From: Actinomycetota bacterium
GTDB lineage: Bacteria; Actinomycetota; Actinomycetes; Actinomycetales; Microbacteriaceae
Reading direction: 5' to 3'
DNA: 57,732 bases
NCBI GenBank assembly: GCA_041179725.1
Contig: JBEGSY010000047.1
Span: forward strand, 1-57,732
Shown: positions 33,301 through 42,141 of the stretch, piece after piece
Position numbering within the stretch: the first letter of the stretch is position 1
Layout of the letters: every line of letters starts with the position of its first letter
Translations under genes and position numbers: made by a program
The notes under the pieces: generated by a model
The model's database searches: none
What the model was told of the DNA's origin: nothing
Seen by the model: the letters and a program-made list of their open reading frames with translations, nothing else

Positions 33301-33864
33301 ACGGTGATTTTGCACCACAGCGCAGACGGCGCAACCGATGGTGGCTCAGACGGCGTCGCGGGTACCGAGCGAACAAGATTCAGCTTCCCTCGTCAGGCCA
33401 GAGATCGACACCTGTGCCTGAGTGACTTCGTACGCAATAGAGAAGTTGGGGAAGTGGACGTAATTCCATTCCAACTAGTCACCATGGGGTCAAAGATTGC
33501 CGAAGAGGCGAATCGTCTATATAAGAACAATCAGTATCGCGATTACTTAGAGTTGCACGGGTTGAGTGTGCAATTGACGGAAGCGCTTGCTGAATTCTGG
33601 CACTCAAGAGTGCGAGAAGAACTCGGTTTTGCAGCCCAAGATCCAAGCGACGTAGAAGGGCTATTCAAGCTTGAATACCGTGGTGCCCGATACAGCTTTG
33701 GTTACCCTGCTTGTCCAAATCTTGAAGACCGCATCAAGCTTGTCGAACTACTAAAGCCTGAACAAATCGGGGTAGTGCTATCGGAAGAGTTGCAACTTCA
33801 CCCAGAACAGTCAACCGATGCCATGGTGCTTCACCACCCAGAAGCGAAATACTTCAGCGTCTAA
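30337..33864 (+). CDS. metH: Cobalamin-dependent methionine synthase
   Basis: DGAMGT, GLNCATG, GGCCGTT, IGERTNANGS, DVHDIGKN and RYSFGYPACP motifs. Start GTG 30337 lies 7 nt after TAGACT. Confidence 0.96.
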   Translation: MNPRSQALLDAVRSRVVVADGAMGTMIQDAAPTLEDFQNFEGCNEILNVTRPELIASIHAQYLKAGAEAIETNTFGANFANLAEYDIVERVYELAYAGAKVARDIADDFSTEDKPRWVLGSLGPGTKLPSLGHEKFSVLRNAYQDAARGLLDGGADAILIETVQDLLQAKSAIIGAKRAMIDKKIPIFVSVTIETTGTMLLGSEIGAALTAIQALGVDAIGLNCATGPTEMSEHLRYLSKFSQLPIVCMPNAGLPILGPHGAHYPLTPLELGAAHLQFVKEYGLGLIGGCCGTTPTHIEELAAIVANQQPAERQIIDDPGLSSLYQHQPFDQTMTYLSIGERTNANGSKAFREAMLAENWDECIEIARSQTREGAHLLDVCVDYVGRDGVRDARELVSRLATATTLPLVLDSTEPAVLEAGLECMGGRAMINSVNYEDGDGPNSRFARIMPIVKEHGAAVVALTIDEEGQARTAETKFAIASRLINDLTSNWNMQLVDITVDTLTFPIATGQDETRRDGIETIEAIRRLNEAFPGVQTTLGISNISFGLSPAARHVLNSVFLHECVQVGLTSAIVHAARIMPLNQIPEHQLTAALDLVYDRREYDEDGNVSFDPLTKFLDVFAGVDSASAKQTRAAELAALPIDERLERRIIDGEKKGLEADLDEALGNGRSALEIINENLLKGMQVVGELFGKGEMQLPFVLQSAEVMKTAVAHLEPFIEKTEDTGKGRILLATVRGDVHDIGKNLVDIILSNNGFETVNIGIKQPINEILRAAEENNVDVIGMSGLLVKSTQIMKENLEEMNQRGIATRWPVILGGAALTRSFVEQDLAEIYEGQVRYARDAFEGLKLMDALVRIKRGDETVSLPPLKKRVVSPHAVLARTEPDQVPNRSNVASDNDIPNPPFWGTRVVKGIALRDYSSFLDERATFMGQWGLKPGRGDSGASYEELVETEGRPRLRYWLERLQTENLLEASVVYGYFPAVSEGNDTVILHHSADGATDGGSDGVAGTERTRFSFPRQARDRHLCLSDFVRNREVGEVDVIPFQLVTMGSKIAEEANRLYKNNQYRDYLELHGLSVQLTEALAEFWHSRVREELGFAAQDPSDVEGLFKLEYRGARYSFGYPACPNLEDRIKLVELLKPEQIGVVLSEELQLHPEQSTDAMVLHHPEAKYFSV

Positions 33865-34781
33865 TGAGCGATTCACTATTCCAGGCGAGACTGGCATCTA
33901 TCGCCAGGGATGCATCGCAAATGAAAACTCTGATGGTGAACGGTACCAAAACCGCTTACTGGTTCTATCCAAAACGCAACCCGTTAAGCAAAAATAAGCG
34001 TTCGATCATTTTTATACATGGCTATCGCGGCAATCATCACGGTCTCGAAGCAATTGCCGGGGCCATCGAAAACTATGACGTCTATATTCCAGACTTGCCT
34101 GGCTTTGGGCAAAGCGCGGCATTCGCAGAAGACCACACCGTGGAGCACTATGCCAACTGGCTCAACGTATTTATTCAGTCACTCGAATTCGGCACAACCA
34201 AGCCTCACTTACTTGGCCACTCTTTCGGAAGCATCGTAGTTTCCGCTTATGCAGCAAAGCACGACGGCATAGCCACTCTTATTTTGGAAAACCCTGTAGC
34301 AAGCCCTGCCCTGAAGGGGCCAAAAGCCGCTATGACCGCTGTTGCCAAAGGTTTTTTCTGGCTCGCCGGAAGACTCCCGGAGAATCTCGGTGACGGAATA
34401 CTCAAGAGCTGGCCAATGGTTCGTGGAATGAGCATCATCATGACCAAATCCCGAACTAAAGAACTGCGAGCCTGGGTGCACCGTCAGCACGACGAAAATT
34501 TCAATGACTACGCCAGCAGGCGAGTGGCGCTCGAGGGTTACGCGGCGTCCATTTCAAATTGCGTTTCAGATTTTGCGCCGAAATTTAAAGTGCCAGTTCT
34601 GATAATGATTGGCGACAAAGATGACATAACTTCTGTTGCTCAGCAGCAAAAACTTTTTGCCAATATCCCTAGCAGCGACAAACATCTGGAATATTTCCAG
34701 GGCGTTGGTCATCTAACTCACTATGAAATCCCGACAGAAATCGGAAAAGCCATTTCCAATTGGGTGAACGTTCATGACTGA
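33864..34781 (+). CDS. Alpha/beta fold hydrolase
   Basis: HGYRG, DLPGFGQS, GHSFG nucleophile elbow, GDKDD and GHLTHYE motifs. Confidence 0.9.
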   Translation: MSDSLFQARLASIARDASQMKTLMVNGTKTAYWFYPKRNPLSKNKRSIIFIHGYRGNHHGLEAIAGAIENYDVYIPDLPGFGQSAAFAEDHTVEHYANWLNVFIQSLEFGTTKPHLLGHSFGSIVVSAYAAKHDGIATLILENPVASPALKGPKAAMTAVAKGFFWLAGRLPENLGDGILKSWPMVRGMSIIMTKSRTKELRAWVHRQHDENFNDYASRRVALEGYAASISNCVSDFAPKFKVPVLIMIGDKDDITSVAQQQKLFANIPSSDKHLEYFQGVGHLTHYEIPTEIGKAISNWVNVHD

Positions 34782-35835
34782 AACGATATTCTTTGATGCG
34801 CGCTACATCAGAATCGGGCATCACGACGGTATTTCTAGATTCTCAGTAGGGCTCTGCAGTGCACTAGCTCAAATTGCCGACGTGACAGCGATTATTTACG
34901 ATGAGCGACAACTTGAAAAACTCCCTGCAGACATTAAGCATGTGAAACTCAATGATCCAACCAACCCAGTCGCAGAACTCTTTATCGGTCTGAAGCTCAA
35001 TCGATTAGGTGCAAAAAAAGTTTTTTCTCCTATGCAGACCATGGGGAGTTGGTTTAGAAAATACAAACTGGTACTAACCCTGCATGACTTGATTTACTAT
35101 GCACACCCAACTCCGCCACCAAGTTTTTCATGGCCAATTCGATTCGGTTGGCGACTATTCCACCTGACCTACATTCCGCAACGATTCATGCTCAATGGCG
35201 CGGATTCGGTAGTCACGGTTTCCGAAACTACTAAACGGTTGATGGTTAAACATCGACTAACCAAGCGTCCTATCGACGTGGTCTACAACGCCGGTTCTGG
35301 TGATATTTCGGCTGAGCACGGCTTAGTGGGTCGAAACTTAATTTACATGGGTAGCTTTATGGACTACAAAAATGTCGAGTGTCTCATTGTTGCGTTGGAT
35401 CAGCTGCCAGATTTTCGACTGCACCTACTGAGCAGGATAAGCAATCAGCGCCGAGCCGAACTTGAGCAGCTAGCGCGTCACTCGACTGAAAGGGTAATTT
35501 TTCACAACGGTGTTACTGATGAGCAGTATCACGAGATTCTTTCGAGCGCATTTGCTTTAGTCAGCGCTTCCAAGGATGAGGGATTCGGAATTCCGGTCAT
35601 TGAAGCAATGGAACAGGGTACCCCCGCAGTTATTAGTGACATTGAAATATTTAGAGAAATTGGGGGATCCGCGGCGAGATACTTTGACCCGAACCACCCA
35701 CACACTCTAGCAACTCAGGTTCTAAGCCTGATAGCTGACTGGGCTGCCGTAAGCAAGGCATCGCGAACACAAGCAAGAAAATTCAATTGGGATACGTCCG
35801 CTGCTGCACTTCTCAAAGTATTGCAGAAGCTCTAG
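34774..35835 (+). CDS. GT4 glycosyltransferase
   Basis: DGISRF, TLHDL, TVSETT and EGFGIPVIEAM motifs. Confidence 0.9.
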   Translation: MTETIFFDARYIRIGHHDGISRFSVGLCSALAQIADVTAIIYDERQLEKLPADIKHVKLNDPTNPVAELFIGLKLNRLGAKKVFSPMQTMGSWFRKYKLVLTLHDLIYYAHPTPPPSFSWPIRFGWRLFHLTYIPQRFMLNGADSVVTVSETTKRLMVKHRLTKRPIDVVYNAGSGDISAEHGLVGRNLIYMGSFMDYKNVECLIVALDQLPDFRLHLLSRISNQRRAELEQLARHSTERVIFHNGVTDEQYHEILSSAFALVSASKDEGFGIPVIEAMEQGTPAVISDIEIFREIGGSAARYFDPNHPHTLATQVLSLIADWAAVSKASRTQARKFNWDTSAAALLKVLQKL

Positions 35836-36407
35836 GAGAGCGCTTTAGGGTTATAAGACTCAATTTGCCAACCGTTCTGGTTGTGCTTGATTATCGTCAA
35901 CGAAGTGTTCTCAAACCGTTGCCCTTCGAGCGGAAATTCCCCGTGACTGACCATTCTCACGAGCTTACGAATCAATGCCCCATGGCTTACAGCAAGAACC
36001 TTGGTGCCTCGATACTGGACTAGGAAATGCTCTAGCAATTGGTTTGCTCGCTGTCGCAGCTCATCTAAATTTTCGCCACCCGGAGGCATTCCATCTGGAT
36101 ACGCAGTTTTCCACTCACTGTGCGTCATGCCTTCGGCATCGCCAAAAGACCTCTCGAGTAGAAGGGGTTCAATAACCAATTCAGGAATCAATATTCGATC
36201 TGCGATAATTTTCGCGGTATCGACAGCCCGAGACAAAGGAGATGTCGAAACAAAGTTCCAGTAACCCTGCGGAATTGCGTTCGCTGCAGCCTTTGCCTGA
36301 GCAATACCGGTCGAATTCAAAGGAATATCGGTTATACCCTGCAATCGGAAATCAATATTCCAATCAGTTTGACCGTGGCGCAAAAGGCCAACAGTAGTTT
36401 CAGTCAA
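35832..36407 (-). CDS. Histidine phosphatase family protein
   Basis: LRHGQTDWN, SPLSRA, ERSFG and VSHG motifs. Confidence 0.9.
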   Translation of the reverse strand: MTETTVGLLRHGQTDWNIDFRLQGITDIPLNSTGIAQAKAAANAIPQGYWNFVSTSPLSRAVDTAKIIADRILIPELVIEPLLLERSFGDAEGMTHSEWKTAYPDGMPPGGENLDELRQRANQLLEHFLVQYRGTKVLAVSHGALIRKLVRMVSHGEFPLEGQRFENTSLTIIKHNQNGWQIESYNPKALS

Positions 36408-37230
36408 AAAGTAGCCTCTCGAGAGCGAGCGAAGTATTCACTTCTATCTTCGCAGATGCCAGCTCATCGCCTTTGGTGGGACCAAGGTTCACGATGACTA
36501 TCGGTTTATCTGCTTTTGCAGCCGCTCGTGCAAAACGTAGCCCTGAATTCACCGTGAGCGAAGTACCGGCAACGAGTAGCGCATCAGCCTGATCAAGACA
36601 GCTGATCGCGAATTCAGCACGTTCGGCTGGCACGTTCTCACCAAAAAACACCACATCTGGCTTCAATACTCCACCACATTTTGGGCACTGTGGAACTTTG
36701 AAGTTCGCAGTTGTCTCGATTTCAGCGTCACCATCCGGAGTGAATTCCACGGTGATGTCTTTGCGGACTTCAGGATTAAGAGACTGAAGAAGCAGATCCA
36801 TTTGACTTCTAGAAATAAGCGACTTGCAATTCATGCAAATCACACGATCTAGGCGTCCGTGCAAATCCACGACTTTTTTTGAACCCGCTGCCTGGTGCAG
36901 CCCGTCAACATTTTGAGTGATTAGGTGACTTAACTTTCCAGCGCGCTCCGCTTTGGCCAAAGCGATATGACCTAAGTTTGGCCGCGCCTCATTTATCCTG
37001 CTCCAGCCAACATAACTTCTGGCCCAGTACCGTATCTGAGCATCATGAGAACCCATAAAGGAATCGAATGTCATTGGATGCCTGGCCACGCGGCCTTCTC
37101 CTCGATAATCGGGGATGCCCGAGTCAGTGGAAATGCCAGCTCCAGTAAGTGCAAGCACGTTTTTACCACTCAGAAGCTCGCGAGCATAGTCGAGACTATA
37201 GGCCGCTGCCGCACTTAGTTCCGTGTCCAT
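36400..37230 (-). CDS. NAD-dependent protein deacylase, Sir2 family (class II-like)
   Basis: GAGISTDSGIPDYRG, RYWARS, TQNVDGLH, CMNC/CPKC and KPDVVFFGE motifs. Confidence 0.92.
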   Translation of the reverse strand: MDTELSAAAAYSLDYARELLSGKNVLALTGAGISTDSGIPDYRGEGRVARHPMTFDSFMGSHDAQIRYWARSYVGWSRINEARPNLGHIALAKAERAGKLSHLITQNVDGLHQAAGSKKVVDLHGRLDRVICMNCKSLISRSQMDLLLQSLNPEVRKDITVEFTPDGDAEIETTANFKVPQCPKCGGVLKPDVVFFGENVPAERAEFAISCLDQADALLVAGTSLTVNSGLRFARAAAKADKPIVIVNLGPTKGDELASAKIEVNTSLALERLLFD

Positions 37231-37342
37231 GGTTGCTCTCTCCAACTCAACACAAGTCTAAGTACAACAAATCGATAAAGCCGAACTGAGGCCGATTTTC
37301 AAGTCATAGTATTTCGACCAAGAGGCAGAAAGTGGGCAGTGC

Positions 37343-39268
37343 GTGACCAAAATCAATGAAGCAACATTTGCCGCGCGTGAGCAACTCGCTAAAGCCCTGG
37401 GGAAGAGTCGCCCAGAAGCTGACCTGCTGGATCGCTTTGATCGATGGGGAACAGATCTTGTTTCAGCTCTGTCCGAGATCTACTCGCTCGACCAAATACT
37501 GCCTGAATTAGTAAATATTTTGACAGCAAGCCACAAGTTAAGAAGCGAGAGGCTTCACGCACGCGATCGCGAGCGGATTCTGGAACCTGATTGGTTTCAA
37601 AGTGAAAAAACTATTGGCTATGTCTGCTACACGGACTTGTTTGCCAAAGATTTGGTTGGACTCAATTCCAAAATTCCATATCTTCAACAATTGGGCGTGA
37701 GCTATTTGCACCTAATGCCGATTTTGGAACCGAGACCAGGTGCCAATGACGGCGGATATGCCGTGATGAACTATCGTTCGATAAAGCCGCAACTTGGCAA
37801 CATGAAAGAGCTTGCTGAAACTGCCGAGAAACTGCATGATTCAGGGATATCGCTGACCCTCGATCTGGTACTTAATCACGTTGCAAAAGAACATGAATGG
37901 GCTTTGAAGGCAAAACTGGGCGACCGAAAGTATCAGGAATATTTCTACGTATACCCAGACCGCACAATTCCTGATGAGTTCGAGAAAACCTTGCCAGAAG
38001 TTTTTCCTGACTTTGCGCCAGGAAATTTCACCTTCGATAAAGAACTCGACGGTTGGGTTTGGACAACCTTCAATGATTACCAGTGGGATGTCAATTGGAG
38101 TAACCCAGCGGTGTTCTGCGAGTACGCAGACATCATCGCTAACCTCGCGAACCACGGAGTTGACTGTCTTCGACTTGATGCAATTGCTTTCATCTGGAAA
38201 CGTCTTGGTACCAATTGTCAAAACCAGGATGAAGTGCACGCCATCACTCAAGCGCTTAGATCATTCACCAAAATCTTTGCTCCGTCGATGATTTTCAAGG
38301 CCGAAGCAATCGTCGGACCGGCCCAGGTTGGCGCTTATCTCGGTGAAGGGGAACGGGCAGGCAAGGTCAGTGACTTGGCATATCACAATTCGCTAATGGT
38401 CCAAATTTGGTCGGCAATCGCAAGTAAAGACACAAGATTGCTAGAACTGACCATGGCGCGTTTCAAGGCGATTCCAACCACAAGCGCCTGGGGTATTTAC
38501 ATCCGTTGTCACGATGACATCGGATGGGCTATCGATGATTCAGACGCACATCGAGCCGGAATTAATGGTCACGATCATCGCATGTTCCTTGCTGATTACT
38601 ACACCGGAAAATTTTATGGTTCCGAGGCTCGAGGCGTTGATTTCCAAGTCGAAGAACACAGTGGCGAACGCAGAACCTCTGGAAGCACCGCAAGCCTTAC
38701 CGGCATCGAGGGTGCCACTGCTCGTGACGATGCAAATGCTGAAAACTTAGCCATTCGACGTTACTTATGCGCCTATTCGATGGTGTTCGGCTTTGGTGGA
38801 ATTCCTTTGTTGTACATGGGCGACGAAATAGGAATGTTCAATGATTATTCATTCGTTGATGATCCAGAAAAGGCAGAAGACAACCGCTGGATTCATCGAC
38901 CAAAAATGGATTGGTCTACTGCAGAGCTAGCTAGAACCGCAAAGAATAAAACTTCCGTTGCCGCTCGCATTTACTCGGGGATTTCTCAAATCACCAGCGC
39001 TAGAAAACAGAGCCCAGCGCTACACGCCTCTGTTACCACCAAGGTGCGAGCGGGCCGGGGAAGTGGCGTCGCGATTTTTGAAAGAAATCACCCTGCTGGG
39101 CAAATGATTCAGGTCTATAACTTGAGTGAAGACAGTCGCTGGGTATCCCAAGACGAACTTGGAGACCTGAGCGGAAACATAGAAGACCGTTTAACGGGCG
39201 AGGTATTCGAGTTGCGTGAAGGCATTACCTTGAGTCCATACGCGGCAATGTGGCTAGTTAACTCGTAA
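37343..39268 (+). CDS. Amylosucrase/sucrose hydrolase-like GH13 enzyme
   Basis: YLHLMP, DGGYAV, RLDAIAFIWK, KAEAIV and RCHDDIGW, matching the GH13_4 catalytic motifs. Confidence 0.85.
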   Translation: MTKINEATFAAREQLAKALGKSRPEADLLDRFDRWGTDLVSALSEIYSLDQILPELVNILTASHKLRSERLHARDRERILEPDWFQSEKTIGYVCYTDLFAKDLVGLNSKIPYLQQLGVSYLHLMPILEPRPGANDGGYAVMNYRSIKPQLGNMKELAETAEKLHDSGISLTLDLVLNHVAKEHEWALKAKLGDRKYQEYFYVYPDRTIPDEFEKTLPEVFPDFAPGNFTFDKELDGWVWTTFNDYQWDVNWSNPAVFCEYADIIANLANHGVDCLRLDAIAFIWKRLGTNCQNQDEVHAITQALRSFTKIFAPSMIFKAEAIVGPAQVGAYLGEGERAGKVSDLAYHNSLMVQIWSAIASKDTRLLELTMARFKAIPTTSAWGIYIRCHDDIGWAIDDSDAHRAGINGHDHRMFLADYYTGKFYGSEARGVDFQVEEHSGERRTSGSTASLTGIEGATARDDANAENLAIRRYLCAYSMVFGFGGIPLLYMGDEIGMFNDYSFVDDPEKAEDNRWIHRPKMDWSTAELARTAKNKTSVAARIYSGISQITSARKQSPALHASVTTKVRAGRGSGVAIFERNHPAGQMIQVYNLSEDSRWVSQDELGDLSGNIEDRLTGEVFELREGITLSPYAAMWLVNS

Positions 39269-39299
39269 AAAAGCACCCCACCTAGAAAGGCGAGGTGCT
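39267..39299 (-). terminator. Intrinsic terminator downstream of tRNA-Leu
   Basis: Minus strand AGCACCTCGCCT-ttct-AGGTGGGGTGCT followed by a T run; the stem includes G-U pairs. Confidence 0.75.
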
Positions 39300-39320
39300 C
39301 GGCAGCTGTCTCAAGCTACG

Positions 39321-39403
39321 TGTCCGAAAGGGGACTTGAACCCCTACCCCCTTGCGAGGACTAGCACCTCAAGCTAGCGCGTCTACCATTCCGCCACCCG
39401 GAC
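39321..39403 (-). tRNA. tRNA-Leu (anticodon GAG)
   Basis: GTCCGGG/TTCGGAC acceptor stem, GGCGGAATGGTAGACGC D arm, CTAGC-TTGAGGT-GCTAG anticodon arm, long variable arm, GGTTCAAGTCC T arm; CCA not encoded. Confidence 0.96.
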
Positions 39404-39484
39404 GAGTGAACTAATAGGGTATCACGAAGCATTTAGCGTCGCGAGATGCTTCACTTATGACAAATAGCGAGGTAGTTTTGCCGT

Positions 39485-39703
39485 ATGGCTCAAGACCCGA
39501 GATTCGCACTGCAACAGTTCATTGCTGCACTGGAACGACACTTTGAAGCAATGAGTTCAAAACATGGCAACGATGACCCTGCTGTAAGCCAGACCTATTA
39601 CAAGTTGGAAGACGCATTCCTAGACTACGAAGAATCTATTGGTGAAAAGTTCGAAGAGATCCTGCCTTTCGAACTGGCCGATGATCAAGGAGATTCAAAC
39701 TGA
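39485..39703 (+). CDS. Small acidic conserved hypothetical protein
   Basis: 72-aa helical ORF with a leaderless ATG 6 nt after TAGTTT; stop overlaps the proposed uppP start. Confidence 0.75.
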   Translation: MAQDPRFALQQFIAALERHFEAMSSKHGNDDPAVSQTYYKLEDAFLDYEESIGEKFEEILPFELADDQGDSN

Positions 39704-40542
39704 ACCTATTTCAGGCTGTGATTCTTGGCATTGTTCAAGGTCTTACTGAATTTCTTCCAATTTCTTCAAGCGCGCACGTGCAAATTGCTTCGCAACTTCT
39801 TGATTTGGGTGCAATGCCTAAACCACAGTTAACAGCATTTATTGCAACGATTCAGCTAGGCACGGAAGCTGCCGTGCTTATTTATTTCTGGAAAGACATA
39901 GTTCGAATTGTCTCGGCATGGTTTGGTTCTATTACTAACCGAGGTCTCGTAACCGACGAAACAAAGCGAGATGCCAAACTTGGTTGGTTGATAATTGTTG
40001 GCAGTTTGCCAGTCGTTGGAATTGGCCTGGTTTTCAAGAATCAAATTGAAAACGGCTTGCGTAGTCTTTGGGTCATTGCCATCACACTGATAGTTTTCGG
40101 GCTTCTGCTTGGAGTTGCCGATCGAATCGGAAAACGACAAAAATCAATCGAACAACTTTCTACGAAGGATGGACTGCTCTTCGGGCTAGGGCAGGCTCTG
40201 GCAGTGATTCCGGGAGTATCCAGATCCGGTGGCACCATAACCGTCGGATTGCTGCTTGGTTACAGCCGCCAAGCAGCGGCGAGATACAGTTTCCTACTTG
40301 CCATTCCTGCGGTTTTAGCCAGTGGCCTGTACGAATTCATTTCTAACGTAAGTGACCTACCAAGCGAACTCCTCATTGGTTCAGCCGTTGCCGCTCTGGT
40401 TGCATTTGGGGTTGGCTTCTCGGTAATAGTTGTGTTGCTTCGTTACTTGTCCCGAGGTTCTTTCGTGCCATTTGTGGCTTGGCGCCTAATCGTTGGTATC
40501 TGGCTGCTAGCGATGCTAATCAGCGGGCAGTTCGTAGCCTAA
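39700..40542 (+). CDS. uppP: Undecaprenyl-diphosphate phosphatase
   Basis: GIVQGLTEFLPISSSAH, IQLGT and PGVSRSGGT motifs. Probable CTG start at 39700; the alternative is GTG 39718. Confidence 0.94.
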   Translation: MNLFQAVILGIVQGLTEFLPISSSAHVQIASQLLDLGAMPKPQLTAFIATIQLGTEAAVLIYFWKDIVRIVSAWFGSITNRGLVTDETKRDAKLGWLIIVGSLPVVGIGLVFKNQIENGLRSLWVIAITLIVFGLLLGVADRIGKRQKSIEQLSTKDGLLFGLGQALAVIPGVSRSGGTITVGLLLGYSRQAAARYSFLLAIPAVLASGLYEFISNVSDLPSELLIGSAVAALVAFGVGFSVIVVLLRYLSRGSFVPFVAWRLIVGIWLLAMLISGQFVA

Positions 40543-41421
40543 CTATTTTTCTTCAGCGTCAGGTTTAGAAGCATCGTCCTCTAGTTGCAAAAAACGCTCA
40601 AATTCTTGCGCAATCGCTTCGCCCTGAGCGGCTTCGGAATCCATGGCATCTCGAGTGGTTTCAAGCTGCTCAATGTAGCCAGCCATGTCTTCATCGGCCT
40701 CGGCTAGTTCGTCAATACTTCGTTCCCAAGTGAATGCCTCATCCGCTAACGAACCATGATCAAACTCAACATGCAATAGCTTTTCAATTTCAATAAGCAT
40801 CGAAAGCGTGGCCTTGGGTGAGGGAGCGTTTTGTACGTAATGCGGAACAGATGCCCAAACAGCTATGGTTGGGATGCCGATTTTTTCGAATGCCATTCCG
40901 AGTACAGACATTATTCCAACTGGACCTTCGTAGTGACTTCGGTCAAGATTTAGTTGGCTTCTGGCGCTTTCATTTTGACTAGTTAGAGTCACAGAAATTG
41001 GTCTGGTGTGCGGAACGTCCGCTAATTGTGCGCCAAGAAATACAACTTGGTCAATCTCGGCATCGACAACATATTCAACAATTTCTTCCGTGAACGTTTT
41101 CCAACGACGGGCTGGCTCGTTTCCGTATAGCAGGTAGATGTTGGAAAATTCAGGTTGCTCGCTTGCAACTTCTCTCGATGGCTTGAGTAGTTCCGCGGTT
41201 GGCCAGGTTATTTGGCGCTTTCCATCCGAATCCAAAGTAACAATTGGTCGACTGAACTGAAAATCGTAATATTCTTCAGGGTCAACCGCAGATACCACTT
41301 CGGCATCCAGCTGATCCCCAATAAATTTGACTGCACTGCTAGCTGCCTCAGCTGCGTCGTGCCAACCCTCAAATGCCACAAGCAGGGTACGGCCAGTGAA
41401 AAACGATTTAGACAACGGCAC
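40543..41421 (-). CDS. PAC2 (proteasome assembly chaperone-like) family protein
   Basis: AFEGWHDAAEAAS, YYDFQFSRP, ADVPHTRP, YEGPVGI and VPHYV motifs. Confidence 0.9.
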   Translation of the reverse strand: MPLSKSFFTGRTLLVAFEGWHDAAEAASSAVKFIGDQLDAEVVSAVDPEEYYDFQFSRPIVTLDSDGKRQITWPTAELLKPSREVASEQPEFSNIYLLYGNEPARRWKTFTEEIVEYVVDAEIDQVVFLGAQLADVPHTRPISVTLTSQNESARSQLNLDRSHYEGPVGIMSVLGMAFEKIGIPTIAVWASVPHYVQNAPSPKATLSMLIEIEKLLHVEFDHGSLADEAFTWERSIDELAEADEDMAGYIEQLETTRDAMDSEAAQGEAIAQEFERFLQLEDDASKPDAEEK

Positions 41422-41475
41422 CCCTTCATTTATCTCTAAAACTCTATGCGATTGAGAAGCGGTAAAATTTCAAAC

Positions 41476-42141
41476 ATGACTAAACCGGCAGCCGTACTCT
41501 GGGACATGGATGGCACCATTGTAGATTCAGAGCACTACTGGCTGAGTAGCGAACAGGAATTGGCCGCATCTGCCGGAAAAATCTGGACCGAGCAAGACGG
41601 CCTAAACATGATTGGCATGAGCCTCTACGACAGTTCTCGGCTGATCAAACAAAAACTCGACCTTGAACTGGAAGCAGACGAAATTATCGATCGTCTTACA
41701 AATTCCGTTATTTCAAAACTTGATCAGTCACTTCCATGGAGACCAGGTGCCAAGGAGCTACTAATGGCGGTGCGCGACGCCGGAATTCCAACCGCTTTGG
41801 TAACCATGTCGATGCGCCGCAATGCCGATGCAGTGGTTGCAAGAATGGGTTTTGATGCCTTCGATGAAATTATTGCTGGCGATCAAGTCGAACATGGAAA
41901 ACCGCATCCCGAACCTTACTTGAGGGCTGCAGAAAAGCTTGGCGTGAAAATCGAGCACTGCATTGCCTTCGAGGACTCAATTTCTGGTTTGCATTCAGCC
42001 GAGGCATCGGGGGCCATTGCCATTGGAGTGCCAAACCTTGTACAAATACCAAGTCGAGCAGGCAGAATACTTTGGCCAACGCTTTCCGGAGTGACGGTCG
42101 CAGATTTGGAAGTAATTTATCGCGAAAAACGAATGGTATGA
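41476..42141 (+). CDS. HAD family phosphatase
   Basis: WDMDGTIVDSE, KPHPEPY and FEDS motifs; ATG lies 7 nt after TAAAAT. Confidence 0.9.
   Translation: MTKPAAVLWDMDGTIVDSEHYWLSSEQELAASAGKIWTEQDGLNMIGMSLYDSSRLIKQKLDLELEADEIIDRLTNSVISKLDQSLPWRPGAKELLMAVRDAGIPTALVTMSMRRNADAVVARMGFDAFDEIIAGDQVEHGKPHPEPYLRAAEKLGVKIEHCIAFEDSISGLHSAEASGAIAIGVPNLVQIPSRAGRILWPTLSGVTVADLEVIYREKRMV

Noticed and set aside
36400-37230. Sir2 protein as an anti-phage NADase (Thoeris/DSR-like)
   Set aside because: It is a short Zn-finger sirtuin with deacylase motifs, with no extra domains or defence neighbours.
33864-39403. Genomic island integrated at the tRNA-Leu 3' end
   Set aside because: No integrase, no duplicated tRNA 3' end seen, and the genes are housekeeping types.
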